IMG/VR virus record: IMGVR_UViG_3300025141_016375
Location: 1 to 64,000 of that record
Reading direction: 5' to 3' (one strand)
Length of the DNA stretch: 64,000 nt
Source of the DNA: a virus
Shown: positions 7,026-17,070 of the stretch, one piece after another
Layout of the letters: each line of letters starts with the position of its first letter
Numbering within the stretch: the stretch's first letter is position 1
The notes under the pieces: model-generated
The model's database searches: none
What the model was told of the DNA's origin: nothing
What the model saw: only the letters and a program-made list of their open reading frames with translations
Program-made: the position numbers and the translations under genes

Positions 7026-8074
7026 GCAAAAGCGTTTTAATTGTTGGCACAGGAACTATTGGGGAGCCCCTCATCGGCTTATTGGCAGATTTCAAAGAGA
7101 AACTCGGCTTAAATGAAATCATATTTCACAAACGAACGCCGCTTATTGAAGAAGTAGCCAAAGTCAATAGTTTAACCAAAAGAGGCGCAAAGCTGGCGTC
7201 TGACGAAGAGAAGATGCACTTTTTTCGAAAATTAGGGCACAAAGTTTCTTATAATTTTACGGAAGCGTTGGAACGAGCTAGCGTGATCATCGACTGTACT
7301 CCTGCCGGCAACGAGCATAAATACAAACACTACCAACATTATCCCGAGAAGCTCTATATTGCCCAAGGGAGCGAAAAAGATTTTGGGGTACCTTATGCGT
7401 ATGGAATTAATGATACCATATTCAAGGAAAGCCCTAGTTTTATTCAAGTGGTCAGCTGTAACACTCACAATATTGCTGCTATATTGCATTCTATTGATCC
7501 AAGTCTAAATCGTATTGAAAAAGCCGACTTTGTTTGCATTCGGCGCGCCAACGATATCAGCCAAGAAGGAAACTTTATTGCCTCCCCACAGGTTGGGAGC
7601 CATAAATATACCAACTTTGGGACCCATCATGCAAAAGATGCCTATGATTTGTTTAAAACCAAAAATAAGCACATCAACATTTTTTCCAGTGCTCTTAAAA
7701 TCAATTCTCAATATATGCACCTTCTGCGTTTTGATCTTATTGTGTATCAATTCTTATCTACGGCTTCTTTAATTGATAAGTTTAAAGAAAACAAATTTGT
7801 GTCTTTAACTCATAAGACTTTGGCTAATAAGATTTTTTCTTTTGGCCGCGACCATGGGTATTATGGGAGAACTTTTAATCAAACTGTAATTTCTATTCCA
7901 TCGTTACTCGCGGCTCAAAGAGGGGGAAAAACTCAAGTGACCGGCTTTTGCTTCACTCCTCAAGATGGCAATTCCCTTTTGAGTAGCGTAGCCGCCTGTT
8001 TATGGGGTATCTATAAAGAAGACTATTTAAAATATATGAAAACTTTTGATGAATTTTTATTTGATGAAATCTAG
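7022..8074 (+). CDS. Class II (archaeal-type) glyceraldehyde-3-phosphate dehydrogenase homologue
   Basis: Rossmann VLIVGTGTIG, IDCTP, QGSEK, catalytic VVSCNT, RRAND and THHAKDA match the class II GAPDH motifs GxGTIG, QGGEK, VVSCNT, RRxxD and SHHxxD. Confidence 0.8.
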   Translation: MSKSVLIVGTGTIGEPLIGLLADFKEKLGLNEIIFHKRTPLIEEVAKVNSLTKRGAKLASDEEKMHFFRKLGHKVSYNFTEALERASVIIDCTPAGNEHKYKHYQHYPEKLYIAQGSEKDFGVPYAYGINDTIFKESPSFIQVVSCNTHNIAAILHSIDPSLNRIEKADFVCIRRANDISQEGNFIASPQVGSHKYTNFGTHHAKDAYDLFKTKNKHINIFSSALKINSQYMHLLRFDLIVYQFLSTASLIDKFKENKFVSLTHKTLANKIFSFGRDHGYYGRTFNQTVISIPSLLAAQRGGKTQVTGFCFTPQDGNSLLSSVAACLWGIYKEDYLKYMKTFDEFLFDEI

Positions 8075-8077
8075 CTC

Positions 8078-8434
8078 ATGAGCCCTAAATACACAAAACG
8101 CCGCCATTCTGCTACTCGGAGCAATTTTGATTATGTGTGCGAGCCCAACAATATGAGAATCCTAGTAGAAATAGCCCCCAGCGCTCACGGTAAAATTAAT
8201 GTCACCCTCTTCATCGATGAAAAAGAAGCGCTTTTTGGCACCTATCGGGTTAAAAACCTAGATAAAGACACTTTAAATGAGAGAGTCGCCACCTTTTGCA
8301 AAGGAATAGCCATGTTTTCAGAAGACGATATACGTTCTTATGTTGCTGAAGATCGATCTATATTGGCGCGTAACGCCAAGCGTTATTTAAAAGAGGTAAG
8401 AAATAAATTAGGAAGTCTTATCTGGCGTAAGTGA
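8078..8434 (+). CDS. Hypothetical protein
   Basis: Packed ORF with ACTATTTA at 8022-8029 upstream; 27 bp convergent overlap with the protease gene. Confidence 0.65.
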   Translation: MSPKYTKRRHSATRSNFDYVCEPNNMRILVEIAPSAHGKINVTLFIDEKEALFGTYRVKNLDKDTLNERVATFCKGIAMFSEDDIRSYVAEDRSILARNAKRYLKEVRNKLGSLIWRK

Positions 8435-9202
8435 ATCTGGTTCGAAGATATTATCTAGCCCCAGCCGGTTCATCACTCTTTTATACACGATGTATTTATC
8501 AAGATTTGTTCTAATAAAGGAGATAAGATGATCATATCTTGTGCTCAAAGTAATCACCGGAAACCTAACAAAAACAGAATGAACGAGTCCCACCAATTCC
8601 CCGTCTTCATTAACAATCATCGATCCCGAGCTACCGGGCGCCGCCGGCAAGAAGTACCATGCCAAGCCTTCGGTTTCTCCACTATAACGCCCCTCCAAAA
8701 TGGGCACCATATGGGGCCTAAAAATGGCTATTGGCGCCGCAATATTATAGACACGATCTCCCGGCTCGGGTTTTGTGGGAGAGATTTTAACGGCTTCTAC
8801 CCCTTCAGTAAGATCCTTGACGAATACGAGGCACACATCAATTTCTCTATCATAAGTCAAAACCGCAGCCTTATAACTTTCTCCATCCAGCCGTCGCATT
8901 ACATAAGTCGCGACCGTTTTAGTCGTTGGGGATTCTAACGCAGGGGGAACATTATCTTCGCATACATGCGCTGCTGTAATGGCATACGCGCCATCTTTGG
9001 CTACTTTCACTATAAAGCCGCTAGCAGCCGAATTAAAATTATGGGTGGCACAGTCGTTGTCTATACATTGAATAACGGTGAGGGTTTTACGAATGTGTAA
9101 AAATGAGGTACGGGGGAGAATATCTTTAGGTTTTTTTTCTATATGCCCACATGACAAGAGGGAAAGAGCAAGCAAAACTATTAAAATATTCCTAAAGTTC
9201 AT
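8408..9202 (-). CDS. Trypsin-like (S1) serine protease, predicted lipoprotein
   Basis: Signal peptide and lipobox MNFRNILIVLLALSLLSC; catalytic triad motifs TAAHVC, DVCLV and PGSSGS. No PDZ domain seen. Confidence 0.88.
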   Translation of the reverse strand: MNFRNILIVLLALSLLSCGHIEKKPKDILPRTSFLHIRKTLTVIQCIDNDCATHNFNSAASGFIVKVAKDGAYAITAAHVCEDNVPPALESPTTKTVATYVMRRLDGESYKAAVLTYDREIDVCLVFVKDLTEGVEAVKISPTKPEPGDRVYNIAAPIAIFRPHMVPILEGRYSGETEGLAWYFLPAAPGSSGSMIVNEDGELVGLVHSVFVRFPVITLSTRYDHLISFIRTNLDKYIVYKRVMNRLGLDNIFEPDSLTPDKTS

Positions 9203-9260
9203 CCTAAAGTAAATATGACTGGAAAAAAACAATCGTTATTTTTATACAAAAAAAACACAA

Positions 9261-9269
9261 ACTAATTAT
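9261..9269 (+). promoter_or_regulatory. Putative late promoter ACTAATTAT
   Basis: Motif about 22 nt before the phoH ATG, with GAGG RBS in between. Confidence 0.55.
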
Positions 9270-9290
9270 TTTAGAGGATTCACACACTGC

Positions 9291-10598
9291 ATGGCCAAAA
9301 AAGTTTATGTTTTAGATACTAGCGTTTATTTAACAGATGCAAATTCTATAATCTCCTTTGGAAATAATGATATTGTTATACCTTTTAAAGTATTAGAAGA
9401 GGTAGACAATCACAAGAAACGCCAAGATAGCGTAGGCACCAATGCGCGCAAACTTATACGAATGCTGGATTCGCTCCGCGAAAAGGGGACTTTGCACAAA
9501 GGAGTGCGCCTAGGTAAAGGCAAAGGAATTGTTTTTGTTAAAAATTGTAACGAGCATGATAAAAATCTAGATTTGTCTATTGCCGACAATGAGATTATTT
9601 CGGTGGCCCTAAGTGAAAAAGAAAAAAATCTTAATAGAAAAGTAATTGTGGTTTCCCGCGATATCAACATGCGCGTTAAATGCGATGCATTGGGATTGGT
9701 AACAGAAGATTATCAAGTTAATCAAATAGTAAAAGACACGAGCCATATATACACAGGCTTTGTTGAACATTTGGTCGATGAACCACTCATTGATAGATTT
9801 TATGCTGGCGAAGACATTTATCTGGAAAAAGATGAAATCGTTTTAATGCCTAATCAATTTGTACTTTTAGTTTCTAATCAAAATCAAAAGAAAACTGCCC
9901 TGGCCCGATTTCTTAACGCCCACACTCCGCTTAAGCGTATTAATGGCGAACACAAGAAGGGAATGTGGGGAGTTAAGCCTCGCAATAAAGACCAGATATT
10001 TGCACTGGACCTCCTTCAAGATCCTTCGGTTCATATCGTCACTTTGGTGGGGAAAGCGGGCTCTGGCAAAACACTATTGGCAATTGCGGCCGGGTTATAC
10101 CAAACTATGGAAACACAAGAATATAAAAGACTTGTCATCTCCCGGCCCATCCAGCCCATGGGAAGGGATATCGGCTTTCTCCCAGGTACGATGGCAGAAA
10201 AAATGGCCCCATGGGTTGCGCCCATCCAAGATAATTTACAATTTTTGATGGGAAACGACAAAGAAACTTTGCGTATGTACATTGAAGATGGTACAATTGA
10301 AGTTGAAGCTCTAACATATATAAGAGGCCGTTCCATTTCCAACGCATTTATTATTGTGGATGAAGCCCAGAATCTGACTGCACATGAATTGAAAACAATC
10401 ATCACTCGTGTAGGAGAAAATACTAAATTGGTTTTAACTGGCGACGTAGAACAAATAGACAATGTATATATCGATGAAACATCCAATGGCCTCACCCACG
10501 CCGTGGAAAGGTTTAAATCATACGATATATCAGGACACGTCACTCTTGTCAAAGGTGAACGATCAAAAATTGCTACACTCGCAGCAAAAATTCTTTAA
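9291..10598 (+). CDS. phoH: PIN-domain PhoH-family ATPase (PhoH2/YlaK type)
   Basis: PIN motifs VLDTSV, EEVD, ADNEII and SRDINMR; Walker A GKAGSGKT; IGFLPG, YIRGRS, DEAQN, TRVG and GDVEQID. Confidence 0.95.
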   Translation: MAKKVYVLDTSVYLTDANSIISFGNNDIVIPFKVLEEVDNHKKRQDSVGTNARKLIRMLDSLREKGTLHKGVRLGKGKGIVFVKNCNEHDKNLDLSIADNEIISVALSEKEKNLNRKVIVVSRDINMRVKCDALGLVTEDYQVNQIVKDTSHIYTGFVEHLVDEPLIDRFYAGEDIYLEKDEIVLMPNQFVLLVSNQNQKKTALARFLNAHTPLKRINGEHKKGMWGVKPRNKDQIFALDLLQDPSVHIVTLVGKAGSGKTLLAIAAGLYQTMETQEYKRLVISRPIQPMGRDIGFLPGTMAEKMAPWVAPIQDNLQFLMGNDKETLRMYIEDGTIEVEALTYIRGRSISNAFIIVDEAQNLTAHELKTIITRVGENTKLVLTGDVEQIDNVYIDETSNGLTHAVERFKSYDISGHVTLVKGERSKIATLAAKIL

Positions 10599-10639
10599 AA
10601 ATATATATATGTAATGTTATTATTGACATGGAGGCTATT

Positions 10640-10927
10640 ATGAGCTATAATGAAAATGAGAATCCTGACTTGCAAAAAGTCGTTGAGAAAGAGAACCCAA
10701 TGAAAGGGTGGCTTGTTAGCTATGTTGGCGACAAGCTTAAACCTGAGAATGATGAAGTAACGGTAGAATTGATTATCGAAGCCATGGCAGATGAATTTCC
10801 TGAATTTATATTAGCCGTCGCCGAAGAAAACTTTATAAGAGGATACCGACAAGCTTTAGTGGATGTAGATGAAGAAGAAGCGCCTGCCGAAGAAACACAG
10901 AATGAAAAACTATATAATCAAAAATAG
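10640..10927 (+). CDS. Acidic hypothetical protein
   Basis: GGAGG RBS before the ATG at 10640; contains EFPEF..AVAEENFIRGYRQAL. Confidence 0.75.
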   Translation: MSYNENENPDLQKVVEKENPMKGWLVSYVGDKLKPENDEVTVELIIEAMADEFPEFILAVAEENFIRGYRQALVDVDEEEAPAEETQNEKLYNQK

Positions 10928-11579
10928 CGAAATAATTCAAGAAAAACTGGCGTCTTCTTTTTATGATAAGCCAATTAACATTGTAAATCCCTTTATTAAC
11001 CCTATTAACTTTAAAAGTGTTTTATCCCAATTAGAGTCTTATATTCCTCTCCACTTGACCCATAATTTGGATGGGATTTATATTGGGGATTTCAAAGATT
11101 TTAAAAAGAACAACCGCGATGTAAATGCATCTTATAAAGACGGCGGCATTTTTGTTTCCAACGAGCAAGATGATGAAGCTGATTTAATAGACGATATCAT
11201 CCATGAGATTGGTCATTCTTTAGAAGGGCAATACAAAGATCATTTATATGGAGACGAAGTTTTAGAAGGGGAGTTTTTAAGCAAAAGACGGACCCTTTAT
11301 CATCTTCTTGATGATAATAAAGAGAAAAGTCTGATGGACTTTTTGGATCCTGAATATAGTTTGGACTTTGATATGTTTTTGTACCAAACACTGGGCTATG
11401 ACTATTTACGCCTTGCGTCTGCTAATCTGTTTTATTCTCCCTATGGAATCACTTCTCTGCGCGAATATTGGGCAGACGGATTTGAAAATTATTTCTTGGG
11501 CGACAGAAGAAAGTTAAAAGAATTAAGCCCCATACTGTATAATAAAATAAAAGCCTTAGTTGATAACGAAATAGAATAA
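10902..11579 (+). CDS. Zincin-like metallopeptidase (HExxH, ATLF-like signature)
   Basis: IIHEIGH followed by REYWADGF; start reassigned to MKNYII. Confidence 0.7.
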   Translation: MKNYIIKNSEIIQEKLASSFYDKPINIVNPFINPINFKSVLSQLESYIPLHLTHNLDGIYIGDFKDFKKNNRDVNASYKDGGIFVSNEQDDEADLIDDIIHEIGHSLEGQYKDHLYGDEVLEGEFLSKRRTLYHLLDDNKEKSLMDFLDPEYSLDFDMFLYQTLGYDYLRLASANLFYSPYGITSLREYWADGFENYFLGDRRKLKELSPILYNKIKALVDNEIE

Positions 11580-12362
11580 ATGACCCACATCTCATATTCC
11601 GAATTAAAAGAGTGGACCGTGTGTCCATGGAAGCACAAATTAAATTACATTGATAGGATCAATGAATTTAAAGGAAACGAACATACAGCATTTGGCACCA
11701 GCATGCATACTGTATGTGAACATTTAGTTTCAGATGGCAAATTAGAGTCGACTGATTTTTTTGATAAAGAGTTTGTGAAAAATCTTTCCACTATTAAAGA
11801 AAAAGACCCCAATATCGTTTTTAAGAAAGATTTAGTGGAACAGATGAGAGTACAAGGAGTGGCGCTCATCAAACATGTGCTCCCTGCTCTTCGCTCGTAT
11901 TTTAGAAAGTTTGAGTTAATTTCAATAGAAGAAAAATTATACACCCCGATTGCAGATCAAGAGTTTAATTTTAAGGGCTTTGTAGATCTAGTTGTAAAAA
12001 CCTCAGACGGTAAATACCACGTGGTCGATTGGAAAACATGCTCTTGGGGGTGGGATAGTAGAAAAAAGAACGACAAGATGATAACCTATCAGCTTACCCT
12101 CTATAAGCATTTTTGGAGTAAAAAACACAACGTTGACCCTAAAGACGTAATTACGCATTTTGCGTTGCTAAAGCGCACAGCGAAACACCATCAAGTAGAA
12201 TTATTTAAAGTTACTAGCGGCCAGAAAAAAACACAAAACGCTCTTAAACTCTTAAATAAAGCCATATATAATATTCAAAAAGCCAATTTCATTAAAAATA
12301 AATTAGCGTGTTATGGAAGATATGGCACGTGCGAATACTATAAAACAACCCATTGCCCTTAA
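11580..12362 (+). CDS. PD-(D/E)XK exonuclease, Cas4/RecB/AddB-like, probable Fe-S staple
   Basis: ISYS..CP, GFVDL, VVDWKT, QLTLY and a C-terminal C-x6-C-x7-C. Confidence 0.9.
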   Translation: MTHISYSELKEWTVCPWKHKLNYIDRINEFKGNEHTAFGTSMHTVCEHLVSDGKLESTDFFDKEFVKNLSTIKEKDPNIVFKKDLVEQMRVQGVALIKHVLPALRSYFRKFELISIEEKLYTPIADQEFNFKGFVDLVVKTSDGKYHVVDWKTCSWGWDSRKKNDKMITYQLTLYKHFWSKKHNVDPKDVITHFALLKRTAKHHQVELFKVTSGQKKTQNALKLLNKAIYNIQKANFIKNKLACYGRYGTCEYYKTTHCP

Positions 12363-12370
12363 AGGTGACT

Positions 12371-13642
12371 ATGAATAAAAAAATCAAACTCCTAACTTTA
12401 GGAGATATGCCGCTTTCTCCGAGCGGCGTGGGTACCCAAACCAAATACATTATTGAATCACTGTTGAGAACAGGCAAATATCAAGTAGTGAGTTTGGGCG
12501 GCGCTATTAAACACCCCAATCACAATCCTATTAAAACCGAAGAGTTTAAAGAAGATTGGGTGATTTATCCTGTGGATGGATATGGAAATCCTGACTTGGT
12601 AAGATCACTAATACGCAATGAAAGGCCCGACATTTTGTGGTTTATGACCGACCCTAGATTTTGGGCATGGCTATGGCAAATGGAAAACGAGATTAGACCC
12701 TTAATACCGATGCTCTATTATCATGTATGGGATAATTACCCCTATCCACACTATAATAAAGTGTTTTATGACTCTAATGACATGATTGTGAGTATTTCCA
12801 AGCTCACCCAAGACATTGTAGAAACGGTGGCTCCTAGTGTCAAATCAGTGTATTTGCCTCATGCCGTTAATACGGAAGTATTCACCCCGCGCGACCCTCA
12901 TAGCGACGAGATAGAAACAGCCAAAAGAACTCTCTTTGGAGAAAGTTATGATCCGGACAAATTTACTTTTTTTTGGAACAATAGAAATGCTCGCCGCAAG
13001 CAAAGTGGATCTTTGATTTTTTGGTTCAAGGCTTTTTTAGACAAAGTAGGCCACGACAAAGCTTGCTTAGTGATGCACACTGAAACAAGAGACCCACATG
13101 GCCAGGACCTTCAGGCTATAATTCAAGAGTTGGGACTAACGAACGGCGAAATATATTTTAGCCAGCACAAAGTGGATGCCGCACAATTGGCCTTGATCTA
13201 CAATATGATGGATTGTACCATCAATATATCCGATGCGGAAGGTTTTGGTTTAGCCACGTTGGAATCTCTAGCATCGGGAGTGCCTATTATTGTTAATATG
13301 ACAGGGGGCCTTCAAGAACAAGTGACTGACGGTGAAAAATGGTTTGGTATTGGACTCTCCCCAACATCTAAAGCTATAATTGGTTCCCAAGAGATTCCTT
13401 ATATATATGAAGATAGACTTTCGGAAGAAATAGTTGTACAAGCCTTATATGATATGTACACTAAATCGCCGGAAGAAAGAAAAAAACTAGGGGAGCAAGG
13501 CCGCCAGCACGTGCTTAAAAATTATAATTTCGAAAATTATGGGAAAGAGTGGGATAATATCTTAACTACGCTCTATGAGGAAGAGGGGTCATGGAATACT
13601 CGCAAACCTCACCAACGTTGGATATTTAAGGAGATAGTATGA
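12371..13642 (+). CDS. GT-B (GT4-like) glycosyltransferase
   Basis: SPSGVG, RNARRKQ, and EGFGLATLESLASGVP (EX7E). Confidence 0.92.
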   Translation: MNKKIKLLTLGDMPLSPSGVGTQTKYIIESLLRTGKYQVVSLGGAIKHPNHNPIKTEEFKEDWVIYPVDGYGNPDLVRSLIRNERPDILWFMTDPRFWAWLWQMENEIRPLIPMLYYHVWDNYPYPHYNKVFYDSNDMIVSISKLTQDIVETVAPSVKSVYLPHAVNTEVFTPRDPHSDEIETAKRTLFGESYDPDKFTFFWNNRNARRKQSGSLIFWFKAFLDKVGHDKACLVMHTETRDPHGQDLQAIIQELGLTNGEIYFSQHKVDAAQLALIYNMMDCTINISDAEGFGLATLESLASGVPIIVNMTGGLQEQVTDGEKWFGIGLSPTSKAIIGSQEIPYIYEDRLSEEIVVQALYDMYTKSPEERKKLGEQGRQHVLKNYNFENYGKEWDNILTTLYEEEGSWNTRKPHQRWIFKEIV

Positions 13643-15660
13643 AAACTAAAGTAATAGTAAGGGCACCCGCCCTGACTCGTACCGGGTATGGAGAGCACGG
13701 CCGTTTTGTATTAAGAGCATTGCGCACAATGCAAGATGTTTTGGATATACATTTATTACCAGTTAATTGGGGAGCCTCTAATTGGATGTGGGAAGACACT
13801 GAGGAGCGCCGTTGGCTAGATGAGATCACGCATAAGACGGCCATTTATCACCAACAGGCTCAGCAAGCTGGCGTTCCCGTACATTACGACATGAGTGTTC
13901 AAGTGACTATCCCCAATGAATGGCAGAAGATGGCTGCGATTAATATAGGCGTAACTGCCGGTATTGAGAGTACTAAAGTTGCCCCTGTGTGGCTAGAAAA
14001 AGCCAATGAAATGGATAAAATAGTTACCGTATCCCAACATTCCAAAAATGTTTTTTTAAATACAGCTTATGATGGAACCCACAAGCACACTGGCGAACCT
14101 TTGCGGCTCAAATGTACTACCCCTGTAGAAGTGGTACATTACCCCATTAAAGACTGCGACGCAACTCCTTTAAATTTCCAATGCTCTACTTCATTTAATT
14201 TTTTGACGATTGCACAATGGGGCCCTCGTAAAAATATAGATAACACGATTTGTTGGTTTGTAGAAGAATTTATCGATAATCCCGATGTAGGACTGGTAGT
14301 GAAAGTGTTTGGAAAAGGAGGGTCTCTCATAGACCGGCAGACTTCCCAACGCCAATTAGAAGCACTCTTGGCACCGTATAAAAATAGACAGTGTAAGGTT
14401 TATTTTTTACATGGTGATTTAAGCGAAGAAGAAATGCATGGTCTTTATAAACACCCGAGCATCAAGGCGTTTTTCTCGTTAAGCCATGGCGAAGGATTTG
14501 GGCTCCCGCATTTTGAAGCAGCATATTCTGGATTGCCTGTAATCGCTCCTGAGTGGAGTGGATATTTAGATTTCTTGTGCATGCCCAAAACGGATAAAAA
14601 AGGAAGAAGTCGCATTAAGCCACATTTTATTTCCGTTGATTATGAATTGTTACCCATTAACCAAGAGGCCCACTGGGAAGGAGTACTAGAAAAGGATGCG
14701 ATGTGGTGTTTTCCCACACAGGGATCATGTAAAATGAAATTGCGAGAAGTGGTCAAAGATTACGGCCGCTTTAAGAAACAAGCCAAAACCTTACAGAAAT
14801 GGATCTTGCAAAATTTTCAGCCTAATGTTCAATATGAAAAACTCGTTTCGAGCGTAGTGGGAAATTTAAAGGCTACGCCGGAGCCATGGCTTCCTCCTCA
14901 AAGTATTGGGGGGGTGAGTTTTTGTATTCCAACAAATGGAAAAAGATCCGAAAAAACCGATTTAACTATTAAAAGTATTCAGAACCAACCATGGGGCGAA
15001 TTGCCTTATGAAATTATAGTATGCGGGGATGTGGAAAATTTTCAAAACTCTTCGGGTGCCAATATCGTTCTGGTGGAGAAGAAAGACGCATCCACCACCG
15101 GCCATGTGGCCACTTTGCGAAATGGCGCAGTCGACCATGCTCAATATGATACCATTGTATTTTGCGATGATGACATTTTGTTAGATGCGGATTGGCTGGA
15201 CGGCACAAGAGCCTATAACGAGAATAATGGCTGGCAGGTCTTAGGAAACGCTTTGCTCAACCCAGATGGTACTCGTCACTGGGACCGTGCTTTATTGTCT
15301 CCGCATGTGTTGGTTAATTATAACCATCCAAGCACGGATAAAAATCTTATCCAAACATCAGGCTTTTTTATGATTCGACGTTCCCTCCACGAAATAGTGC
15401 AGTGGAACGAAGAGTGCTTTGTTTATGCTGATCGAGAGAATAAGGGCGTACCCGAAGATGTGCAGTATAGTTTAGATTTACACGCCCATAACATTCCTTT
15501 ATCTTTTAATGATACAGTATGTGTGTGGCACAATGATGAGCGCTACACCCAGTTTAACAATCAAACATTATATAAAAATGTTATTCCTGATCATCAAGAG
15601 CGAGGATTCTCTCCACTATTTGAACGGGCGACGATGGCGGCCACTTTCCAAAAGATATGA
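13639..15660 (+). CDS. Bifunctional glycosyltransferase, GT4-like plus GT2-like
   Basis: TGYG, PRKN and EGFGLPHFEA, followed by VSFCIPT, LRN.A, FCDDD and EDV. Confidence 0.9.
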   Translation: MKTKVIVRAPALTRTGYGEHGRFVLRALRTMQDVLDIHLLPVNWGASNWMWEDTEERRWLDEITHKTAIYHQQAQQAGVPVHYDMSVQVTIPNEWQKMAAINIGVTAGIESTKVAPVWLEKANEMDKIVTVSQHSKNVFLNTAYDGTHKHTGEPLRLKCTTPVEVVHYPIKDCDATPLNFQCSTSFNFLTIAQWGPRKNIDNTICWFVEEFIDNPDVGLVVKVFGKGGSLIDRQTSQRQLEALLAPYKNRQCKVYFLHGDLSEEEMHGLYKHPSIKAFFSLSHGEGFGLPHFEAAYSGLPVIAPEWSGYLDFLCMPKTDKKGRSRIKPHFISVDYELLPINQEAHWEGVLEKDAMWCFPTQGSCKMKLREVVKDYGRFKKQAKTLQKWILQNFQPNVQYEKLVSSVVGNLKATPEPWLPPQSIGGVSFCIPTNGKRSEKTDLTIKSIQNQPWGELPYEIIVCGDVENFQNSSGANIVLVEKKDASTTGHVATLRNGAVDHAQYDTIVFCDDDILLDADWLDGTRAYNENNGWQVLGNALLNPDGTRHWDRALLSPHVLVNYNHPSTDKNLIQTSGFFMIRRSLHEIVQWNEECFVYADRENKGVPEDVQYSLDLHAHNIPLSFNDTVCVWHNDERYTQFNNQTLYKNVIPDHQERGFSPLFERATMAATFQKI

Positions 15661-16433
15661 AATTATCTATTATAACCGCTGTTGGGCCCCTAAAGCACTA
15701 TGAAAAATTTATTCCTCGATATATCGATAATGTAATGGCTCAAACTGTTTTTAGTGAATGCGAAATTATTGTAGTTTACATGGAATGGGATGAGAAATTT
15801 ACACAGTTAAATAAACTAAATAATGTTAAGTATATTCTTGACGACCAAGAAAAAGGCGCCTATAATGCTTGGAATATGGGAATCCAAGCTAGCAATGCAC
15901 CCTATGTAACAAATTGGAATATTGACGACATTAGGCACCCCACTAGTTTGGAACGCCAAGCTACCATATTGGATAATAATTCTGATATTGATTTAATCTA
16001 CAATTATCACATGATAACTAATGATTGGGAAGAAACGTTTAAGAATCTTAATCCACACACAGAGCGGCATGTTAAATTTTATCCCGATGATGGACATGCA
16101 GTGGTCCATCAATGCTGCATGTGTGGACCAGATCCATTATGGAGGCGCGCCCTACACGATAAGGTAGGCTATTTTGATTATGAGAACTACCCTTCTATCG
16201 CGGATTGGGATATGTGGATTCGGATGGCCGACGCAGGGTGCAAGTTTAAACTTATTCCCTTACCACTGTGTCTTTTTTATGATGGTGATTCCAGCATTAG
16301 CCAACGTTTTCAATCTTCGCGAGAAGAAATAGAAAATAAAAAATTATACCAGCAGCACAAAGAGGGGTTTGATAACGTCTCTCCGGTTAAGTGGTCGATA
16401 GGACGCGTGTATATTAATGAAAAAAGTTATTAG
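15657..16433 (+). CDS. GT2 glycosyltransferase
   Basis: LSIITA, AWNMGI, NIDD and DWDMWIR. Confidence 0.9.
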   Translation: MKLSIITAVGPLKHYEKFIPRYIDNVMAQTVFSECEIIVVYMEWDEKFTQLNKLNNVKYILDDQEKGAYNAWNMGIQASNAPYVTNWNIDDIRHPTSLERQATILDNNSDIDLIYNYHMITNDWEETFKNLNPHTERHVKFYPDDGHAVVHQCCMCGPDPLWRRALHDKVGYFDYENYPSIADWDMWIRMADAGCKFKLIPLPLCLFYDGDSSISQRFQSSREEIENKKLYQQHKEGFDNVSPVKWSIGRVYINEKSY

Positions 16434-17070
16434 TTTTAGTTTGTGGGGCGACGATGAGAAATATACCATCGGCGCTATTCGCAATGCACAATTGGCCTCC
16501 CAAGTATATCCTGAATGGGAAGCGCGCTTTTATTGTGGGACGTCAGTCCCCGTTTCTATCATAGATCAATTGCGCGAATTACAGGCCCATGTGATCATGA
16601 TGGAAGAAGCAGGGGATTGGACTGGAATGTTCTGGCGCTTCCTCGCAATTGCCGACTCAGATGTAGAAATCATGATTTCGAGGGACACTGATTCACGATT
16701 AAACACCAGAGAAAAAGCCGCAGTGGATGAATGGCTTGAAGGCCCCCAACTTTTTCATATTATGAGAGACCATCCATGGCATAATGCCCCCATTTTAGGC
16801 GGAATGTGGGGCGCCCGCAAACCCTTGCTTCAGGACATGGCTCAGTTAATAGCCGAATATCAAAAAGGAGATTTTTGGCAAGTAGATCAAAATTTTCTAA
16901 GAGAAGTGGTAGCTCCTCGGGTCGAACATACTTTACATATTCATGATGAATTTTTTTCACGGAGTCCTTTTCCTACGGCTCGCAATGGTGATGAATTTGT
17001 AGGACAGGTATTTGACGAAAGTGAACAAACCATCCAAGAACATATCGAGATTTTAAGGAGATATTTATGA
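16417..17070 (+). CDS. Putative GT-A fold glycosyltransferase-like protein
   Basis: ISFSLWG, WRF, RDTDSR (DxD), MRDHPWH, ILGGMWG and DQxFL; cluster context. Confidence 0.6.
   Translation: MKKVISFSLWGDDEKYTIGAIRNAQLASQVYPEWEARFYCGTSVPVSIIDQLRELQAHVIMMEEAGDWTGMFWRFLAIADSDVEIMISRDTDSRLNTREKAAVDEWLEGPQLFHIMRDHPWHNAPILGGMWGARKPLLQDMAQLIAEYQKGDFWQVDQNFLREVVAPRVEHTLHIHDEFFSRSPFPTARNGDEFVGQVFDESEQTIQEHIEILRRYL

Noticed and set aside
11580-12362. CRISPR-Cas system suggested by the Cas4-like gene
   Set aside because: No repeat-spacer array or other cas genes were seen; solo Cas4-like nucleases are common in phages.
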